Assembly (NCBI GenBank): GCA_947452365.1
Contig: CANGCO010000007.1
Location: forward strand, 363 to 64,362
Source: Caulobacteraceae bacterium
GTDB lineage: Bacteria; Pseudomonadota; Alphaproteobacteria; Caulobacterales; Caulobacteraceae
Direction of reading: 5' to 3'
DNA length: 64,000 nt
Of this stretch, positions 59,099 through 64,000 are shown one piece after another; the stretch's first letter is position 1, and the number at the start of each line of letters is the position of its first letter. The position numbers were made by a program, and so were the translations under genes. Below the pieces are notes generated by a model, which saw only the letters and a program-made list of their open reading frames with translations, had not been told where the DNA came from and ran no database searches.

Positions 59099-59794
59099 CT
59101 AGTGCCCGAAAGCGATAGAAGCGTTCGCAGTCACACCGGTCGCAGCCTGGTTGTTCGAGGCTAGGCCGGTATTGTTTGACGCAGTCTGGATACCCGCAAA
59201 GTTCTGGAAGGCCGCGCCGTCCATGCCGATATTGCCGGTATAGACATTAAGCGCGCCGCTCGAGGCTGCACCGGCACCGCCGCCAGCACCCGCACCACCA
59301 ACGCCGCCAACGCCGCCAACGCCGCCGGTACCAAGAGCAGCACTACCGCCATTGCCGCCGGTTCCGCCGCTTGCGGCATCACCACCCGAACCACCCGCAC
59401 CAGCGGCTTGGTTATTGTTGTAGTTAAAGGTCACATCGCTGACCTCACCCTTCAGTTCTAAATCAGTCGTTGCCCGGTTTTCGACGCGGGTGTCGTTTGA
59501 GGCATAAGAACCAATATTGATCGAGTCGTTGACATTCTTGACTTCGCTGACGCTTACGGTTTTGGTATTGGTCTCAGATGAGTTGCCGCTATCAGTGGCA
59601 ACCGTATTGCCACTGTCGCTAACTGTGACTGGCTTGTTGATGTTAACGGCCTCGTTGCCAAGGCCAATTGCGGCCGGGCCAGACCCGGTGACATTGCCAT
59701 CAAGCACAGGCACGGCGACCTGAGCGGACGCAAAGCCGCAAACGGCAAAGCTCAAGGCAAGGGCCGATGCAGTAGCGAGAACTGTCTTTTTCAT
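59099..59794 (-). CDS. secreted repetitive N/S/T/G-rich protein P1 (candidate major fibre subunit)
   Basis: The RBS is GAGGAG and the signal peptide is ..CGFASA/QV. An N/S/T/V-rich region is followed by a roughly 50-aa Gly-rich tract. The C-terminal motif is FAGIQTASNNTGLASNNQAATGVTANASIAF. Confidence 0.6.
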   Translation of the reverse strand: MKKTVLATASALALSFAVCGFASAQVAVPVLDGNVTGSGPAAIGLGNEAVNINKPVTVSDSGNTVATDSGNSSETNTKTVSVSEVKNVNDSINIGSYASNDTRVENRATTDLELKGEVSDVTFNYNNNQAAGAGGSGGDAASGGTGGNGGSAALGTGGVGGVGGVGGAGAGGGAGAASSGALNVYTGNIGMDGAAFQNFAGIQTASNNTGLASNNQAATGVTANASIAFGH

Positions 59795-59926
59795 TTTGTG
59801 CTCCTCACAAAACTAGAATTTACGGTAAAGCTGCCAATACCAAAGTATTGATAGGAAATTTACCTAACCACCCCCCGTGATGTATCGGGAGTAGGGGCAT
59901 TATTGAAGGAAATATACAATAATTAC

Positions 59927-59981
59927 ATGATATTGATCATGAATACTGGTTTTGATATATATCTATACTGATTTTTATCAT
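59927..59981. promoter_or_regulatory. cluster of three Crp/FNR-like TGAT-N4-ATCA boxes in a divergent AT-rich promoter region
   Basis: The boxes are ATGATattgATCAT (59927-59940), TTGATatatATCTA (59952-59965) and CTGATttttATCAT (59968-59981). They lie between the P1 gene start (59794, minus strand) and the MgtC-like gene start (60148, plus strand). Confidence 0.5.
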
Positions 59982-60147
59982 AATTTCAATTCATGATATA
60001 TGGGGGCGTTGTTTCCCGAATTCGTTATGGTGGGTCATGCTAGTCAGGTTTTGCACACGCTCTGCGGCTTGATGAATTCCTTGGCATGTAAAGGCTTGAA
60101 GGCGGATGATCGCTTCAGGTTCACCAATTGAGCGCTAGGGGCGTCAC

Positions 60148-61410
60148 ATGACGATCGGACCGGTTTACAGCCTCGCCATTGCCTTGAGCCTAGGCATGTT
60201 GATCGGGCTGGAGCGCGGCTGGCAGGCAAGGGACCTTCCCGAGGGACAAAGGGTCGCAGGCATTCGCACCTATGCCCTGATTGGCCTTTTAGGCGGGGTC
60301 TGTGGCCTAGAGCCAGGACCCTATCTGGCGGCGGTTGGCCTTGGCATGGTCGGCCTATTGGTCGGCGGGTTTCATTATCTTGAGGCGAGGAGTGATCGTG
60401 ATCTGGGCTTAACCAGCCTGTTTGCCGCGGTCTTGACCTATGGGCTGGGCGTATTGGCGGTGCGCGGCCAGCCCTTGGCGGCAGCCGCAGCCGCAACCGC
60501 GGCGGTCATACTCTTGGCTAGCAAATCGTCCCTGCATGCCTGGGTGCGGGCGGTCAGTTGGCCGGAATTGCGCGGCTTTTTGGTGTTGGTGTTTATGAGC
60601 GCCCTCGTCCTGCCACTCATGCCAAGCGTGGCCATTGATCCTTGGGGCGCACTGGTGCCGTCCGAGATCTGGTTCCTGGCTGTGATGATTGCCGCCCTGT
60701 CCCTGGTCGGTCATGGGGCGGTTAGGATATTGGGGCCGGGCAGGGGCTTGGCCGTGTCGGCGCTAGCGGGCGGGCTAATGTCCTCGACGGCCGTTGGTCT
60801 ATTGTTTGCCCGCAACGCCCGGCAAAGCCCAAGTCAGGCCCAGAGCCTAGCCGGGGCTTCCCTATTAGCCAGCGGCGTGATGAGTTGCCGTACACTCTTA
60901 CTCATCGGCCTGATCCGGCCAGCGCTCTTGCCCAGCCTTTCATTGGGTCTGGTGGGACTTGGCCTAGTACTATTTATTGGTGGCTATCTGGTCATGCGAC
61001 TGGACCAGCCCCTGACGGCTGTGCCTCGCGCCGCACTGGATATTGCCTCGCAACCGTTTGATCTGTTTGTTACCCTAAGGCTGGCGGGCCTGATCGGCCT
61101 TGTCATGCTCACTGCGCGTCTGGCCAGCTTGGCGCTGGGTCAGGGCGGGGTAATGATTGTTTCGATCCTGGCCGGCATGGCCGATGTGGATGCTGTCACC
61201 CTATCCTTGGCGCATGCCCAAACATTTGGACCAGACCAGGCCATGATTGTCATGGTCATTGGCGCTGCCATCGCAAGCAATACGGTCGTCAAGTCGGTCT
61301 TGGCGGTCATTCTGGGGGGGTGGGTGCATGGCCGGAACTATGGCCTAGTCAGTTTGGTCGCCTTGGTGTGCGGGGCGGCGGGCCTGGTATTGGGTCTCAA
61401 TCTAGGCTGA
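60148..61410 (+). CDS. MgtC/SapB-family plus DUF4010 membrane protein
   Basis: 420 aa and polytopic. The N-terminal LGMLIGLERGW......AG.RTYALIGLLG is typical of MgtC-domain proteins fused to DUF4010. Confidence 0.7.
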   Translation: MTIGPVYSLAIALSLGMLIGLERGWQARDLPEGQRVAGIRTYALIGLLGGVCGLEPGPYLAAVGLGMVGLLVGGFHYLEARSDRDLGLTSLFAAVLTYGLGVLAVRGQPLAAAAAATAAVILLASKSSLHAWVRAVSWPELRGFLVLVFMSALVLPLMPSVAIDPWGALVPSEIWFLAVMIAALSLVGHGAVRILGPGRGLAVSALAGGLMSSTAVGLLFARNARQSPSQAQSLAGASLLASGVMSCRTLLLIGLIRPALLPSLSLGLVGLGLVLFIGGYLVMRLDQPLTAVPRAALDIASQPFDLFVTLRLAGLIGLVMLTARLASLALGQGGVMIVSILAGMADVDAVTLSLAHAQTFGPDQAMIVMVIGAAIASNTVVKSVLAVILGGWVHGRNYGLVSLVALVCGAAGLVLGLNLG

Positions 61411-61435
61411 GATTTGCGGACAAATACCAATAGGC

Positions 61436-61449
61436 TTGATCTCAATCAG
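61436..61449. promoter_or_regulatory. FNR/FixK-like box TTGATCTCAATCAG
   Basis: It has one mismatch to the consensus and ends 67 nt upstream of the ATG at 61516. Confidence 0.45.
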
Positions 61450-61515
61450 GTCTATCCGAAGGGGAATTTGGCAATGATCAATTGTGATTTGCACCCTAAG
61501 AACAGGCACAGTCCC

Positions 61516-61713
61516 ATGCTTAAGATTATTGAGCTTCAAGCCGATTCCAATTCTGGGTGGCAAGAAGCGGCCGATCAGGTGATTAAGGTGGCCTCAAACA
61601 CGGTGCGCGGCATCCGCACAGTGCGGGTGGATAGTTTCGAGGCCCAGGTCGCAGAAGGCTTGATTGTCAATTACCGCGTGACGGCCAAGGTCTTGTTCGA
61701 ACTGGATAGCTAG
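61516..61713 (+). CDS. dodecin-like small flavin-binding protein
   Basis: The 65-aa MLKIIELQADSNSGWQEAADQVIKVASNTVRGIRTVRVDSFEAQVAEGLIVNYRVTAKVLFELD follows the dodecin pattern (.K.IE..G.S..SWE.A...A...A..T...I.......V..G.I..Y...V.V.F). Confidence 0.6.
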   Translation: MLKIIELQADSNSGWQEAADQVIKVASNTVRGIRTVRVDSFEAQVAEGLIVNYRVTAKVLFELDS

Positions 61714-62399
61714 GGCTGCAGAACCACAGTGCTGGCATGGTAGCAGGAGCAGGCGTGCTGTTCCAGCACGGGCCTGTCCTTGATCTCGATCCAGCCATAG
61801 CCTGTGGTAATAGCATTTGAGGCCTTGAGCTTGCCCAGTTCGACCGTTACGCCGGCGCGCCGGATGCCATGGAGCTGGGCCAAGACATGATGGCTGATAT
61901 TTACGCGGGCGCTGTCGGTTAGGTCTGATGCGCGCAATAGCCAAGAGACCAGGCGCTGTTGGCTAGTATGATTTTGACTACAGGCCGTAACCCTGGCCAT
62001 TTTCATAAACATGTTTCGTTTTGCCGTCTGCAAACCGGCCCTTAGGCTGGGCAATTCAGGCAGGAGCGTATTAGCGGTGCTAGACAAGAGCGCATAGGCC
62101 GTCAGGTTTGTCAGGCACAAGGCCTGGACCACGTCTAGGCCATTATCCAGCCTGACCGTGGCATCGATGAGGCTGTCATGGCCAAGTAATACAAAGGCTG
62201 TGTCTTGCCGATCCACCTGAATGGTCAGGGCAAAAATTCCAGACAAGACAAAATAAATATAAAAATCGGTGGGGCCATATTGTGTAGATAATGGGCCCGG
62301 TTTAAACTCTTTATACACAAGATGAGATTGTAGATTATACCAATCTTCAGCAGCTAAACCAGAAATTATGTGATTACTATGTCGATTAATTGCGTTCAT
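61710..62399 (-). CDS. Crp/Fnr-family regulator (no Fe-S motif; C-terminal C-x-C)
   Basis: It has a cNMP-like domain, the HTH ISHHVLAQLHGIRRAGVTVELGKLKA and a C-terminal ..LEQHACSCY. The first roughly 55 codons are markedly AT-rich. Confidence 0.65.
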   Translation of the reverse strand: MNAINRHSNHIISGLAAEDWYNLQSHLVYKEFKPGPLSTQYGPTDFYIYFVLSGIFALTIQVDRQDTAFVLLGHDSLIDATVRLDNGLDVVQALCLTNLTAYALLSSTANTLLPELPSLRAGLQTAKRNMFMKMARVTACSQNHTSQQRLVSWLLRASDLTDSARVNISHHVLAQLHGIRRAGVTVELGKLKASNAITTGYGWIEIKDRPVLEQHACSCYHASTVVLQP

Positions 62400-62645
62400 T
62401 ATCGCGCCAAATTAGATTTAAACTGAGCCAATTGGTCATTTAATCGCAAATGGATCTTCATAATGCTGTTATATATTCTAAAATTCAAACTGAAAAGATT
62501 TTTCATTTCATAGTACTAAGTCAGTATTTGATTTATTTACCAATTAAAAAAAATTATTGACCAGTTAAATCCAGTGTGATTTTCATAGCTATCTAAGGCG
62601 CCGGTAAGACCCTGAACGCGGTTAGATTCGAAGGATCGGGTGGTT

Positions 62646-63425
62646 ATGGCAGATGGCGGGATCGGCCTAGTCTTGCAAGACAATTGCCGCTTTTGCGGTG
62701 TTCGCGGGGCCTTGTCTTGCCCGCAAGCGGCCTTGGGCGCGCACGCCGACACCCTTGCGCAATTTGATCATGTCTATCCCATAAGTGTACTTCAGACCGG
62801 CGAACAGCTTGTGCCGAGGCGCCATGAGCCGGATCATTATTGCCTGGTTCGTTCGGGCTGGTTCGGGCTGTTTGCCCACCGGCATGACGGAAGCCGGCAA
62901 TTGCTGCGACTCGCCCTACCGGGCGAGGCCTTTTGGCTCAAGGCCAATCACCATGATCCGGCGACCCAGGCGGTTGAGGCCTTGACCCCAGCCAGCTGTT
63001 GCTGGCTCAGTCAGGCTGAAATGGAGACAATCAGCCGATCAGACCAGTCCTATTTCGGGGGGTATGTCACCGGTCTGGAGCGCGAACTGGCCCTTGCCCA
63101 AGACAGCATGATCAATCTGGGCCGCAAGGACGCCGCCACCCAAGTCACCCAGTTTCTGGTCAGTCTGGCCATGCGCTCTACCGGCAAGGATATCTTGCAG
63201 ACGCCAGAGCCCTGCAAAATCCCCCTGACCCAGCGCACAATCGGCGAGGCGCTGGGCCTGACCCAGATCCATGTCAATCGCACCATCCGGCACCTGCGTT
63301 GCGAAGGCCTATTGACCTATCAGGGCGGGGTCTTCATGCCGCTGGATCCCGTTCGGATCAGCGACATGATTGATCTGACCCCCGAAATGCGCGCCCTGTG
63401 GCTGGCAAGACCGCTGGCTAGCTGA
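62646..63425 (+). CDS. Fnr-type Crp/Fnr-family regulator (second C-x2-C-x7-C paralogue)
   Basis: It has CRFCGVRGALSC near the N-terminus and central Cys residues (PASCCW). The HTH is TQRTIGEALGLTQIHVNRTIRHLRCEG. Confidence 0.75.
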   Translation: MADGGIGLVLQDNCRFCGVRGALSCPQAALGAHADTLAQFDHVYPISVLQTGEQLVPRRHEPDHYCLVRSGWFGLFAHRHDGSRQLLRLALPGEAFWLKANHHDPATQAVEALTPASCCWLSQAEMETISRSDQSYFGGYVTGLERELALAQDSMINLGRKDAATQVTQFLVSLAMRSTGKDILQTPEPCKIPLTQRTIGEALGLTQIHVNRTIRHLRCEGLLTYQGGVFMPLDPVRISDMIDLTPEMRALWLARPLAS

Positions 63426-64000
63426 CGCGGATACGATCATCGACCGAGGTGACTCCGGGCGCTGACCAGGCGGCCTGCTCAGCGATCTGGCGTTCATGCC
63501 AGGTCTTGACATTGCCCTCGAGCACGACCTGTCCGGCAGTGGCCTGGACCCGGATGTGGTCAGATTCCAGCTCAGCATTGCGTAAAAATGCCTTTTCGAT
63601 GGCGCTGCTGACATCCTCGGGATGAATGGCCGGCTTGATGGCAATCAGATTGCTAACGCCGCGCACGCCGCTCAAGGCGTGGATGGCGCGCTCGGCGGCC
63701 TGTCTTTGATAGGCCCAATCGACGCTACCGCTCAGGGTCACCCAACCATGCTCCACCTTGACCTGGATGGATTCAGAGGTCCAAACATTCCATTTCAGAA
63801 TATCGACACAGCGTTTGGCCACCTCGTCATCAGAGGTTTTAGGCGAACTCGGCAGGCGAACCTCCATGTTCATGGCAACCGCCTTGACGCCCTTAAGTCG
63901 CCCAACCGTGCGCTCCACAGCCAGTTTTTCGGCATAGGAATGCACATGGCCCGTCAGGGTCACAACCCCGTTGCTAACCGCAACGCCAATGTCTTGCGAG
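63418..64000 (-). CDS. BON-domain (OsmY-like) protein, 5' end beyond the window
   Basis: It has three repeats of the BON pattern (V.V....G.VTL.G.V......A...A....GV..V.N.I.V). The frame stays open to the window edge (..SNGVVTLTGHV). Confidence 0.7.
   Translation of the reverse strand, partial: SQDIGVAVSNGVVTLTGHVHSYAEKLAVERTVGRLKGVKAVAMNMEVRLPSSPKTSDDEVAKRCVDILKWNVWTSESIQVKVEHGWVTLSGSVDWAYQRQAAERAIHALSGVRGVSNLIAIKPAIHPEDVSSAIEKAFLRNAELESDHIRVQATAGQVVLEGNVKTWHERQIAEQAAWSAPGVTSVDDRIRVS

Noticed and set aside
60044-60496. 150-aa minus-strand ORF overlapping the MgtC-like gene start
   Set aside because: It is an Arg/Pro-rich antisense frame. The plus-strand gene has a clear multi-TM MgtC-like sequence.
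62400-62645. FNR/Crp boxes in the divergent region between the two regulator genes at 62399 and 62646
   Set aside because: Only half-site-like fragments were seen (TTGATTTATTTACC, TTGACCAGTTAAAT). Nothing had two or fewer mismatches on both arms.

Overview
This is a high-GC chromosomal segment (about 60% G+C by eye) from an alphaproteobacterium. The pcm-like/tolC/popZ/valS synteny and a very PopZ-like protein suggest Caulobacterales or a relative, but that is a guess. From 1 to about 51 kb the genes are mostly housekeeping and metabolic: valS, an astADB arginine succinyltransferase cluster, hspQ, ppx/gppA-like, rlmE, guaB, an rsmB-like gene, guaA, ogt, acyl-CoA and enoyl-CoA enzymes, a TonB-dependent receptor and an amidase. 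Small accessory insertions interrupt this stretch. They include a higBA-type toxin-antitoxin cassette nested against a truncated BrnA-like antitoxin. A 1.2 kb very AT-rich islet sits exactly after the guaA stop codon and is bracketed by a 12-bp direct repeat that duplicates the guaA 3' end. Next to it is a decayed vapBC pair. There is also an ATGA-coupled operon of an alkaline-phosphatase-superfamily hydrolase, a PhnZ-like HD protein and an SGNH hydrolase, plus the conserved but uncharacterised ATP-grasp/alpha-E/transglutaminase triad. From about 51 to 64 kb the window looks accessory, with AT-rich intergenic regions. This part carries four Crp/Fnr-family regulators, two of them with a C-x2-C-x7-C cysteine motif. 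It also has several TTGAT-N4-ATCAA-like boxes and genes typical of low-oxygen or stress regulons (flavodoxin-like, host-attachment-like, dodecin-like, MgtC/DUF4010, BON). The most interesting locus lies at its centre. An outer-membrane protein (signal peptide, coiled coil, Pro/Ala linker, beta-barrel) converges on a four-gene operon. That operon encodes a periplasmic C39-like cysteine peptidase and three secreted Asn/Gln/Gly-rich proteins that share a C-terminal motif. This architecture resembles the Pseudomonas Fap functional-amyloid machinery, but the similarity is inference only. I recognised no rRNA, tRNA, CRISPR array, transposase or integrase. Many long antisense ORFs in the track are high-GC artefacts.
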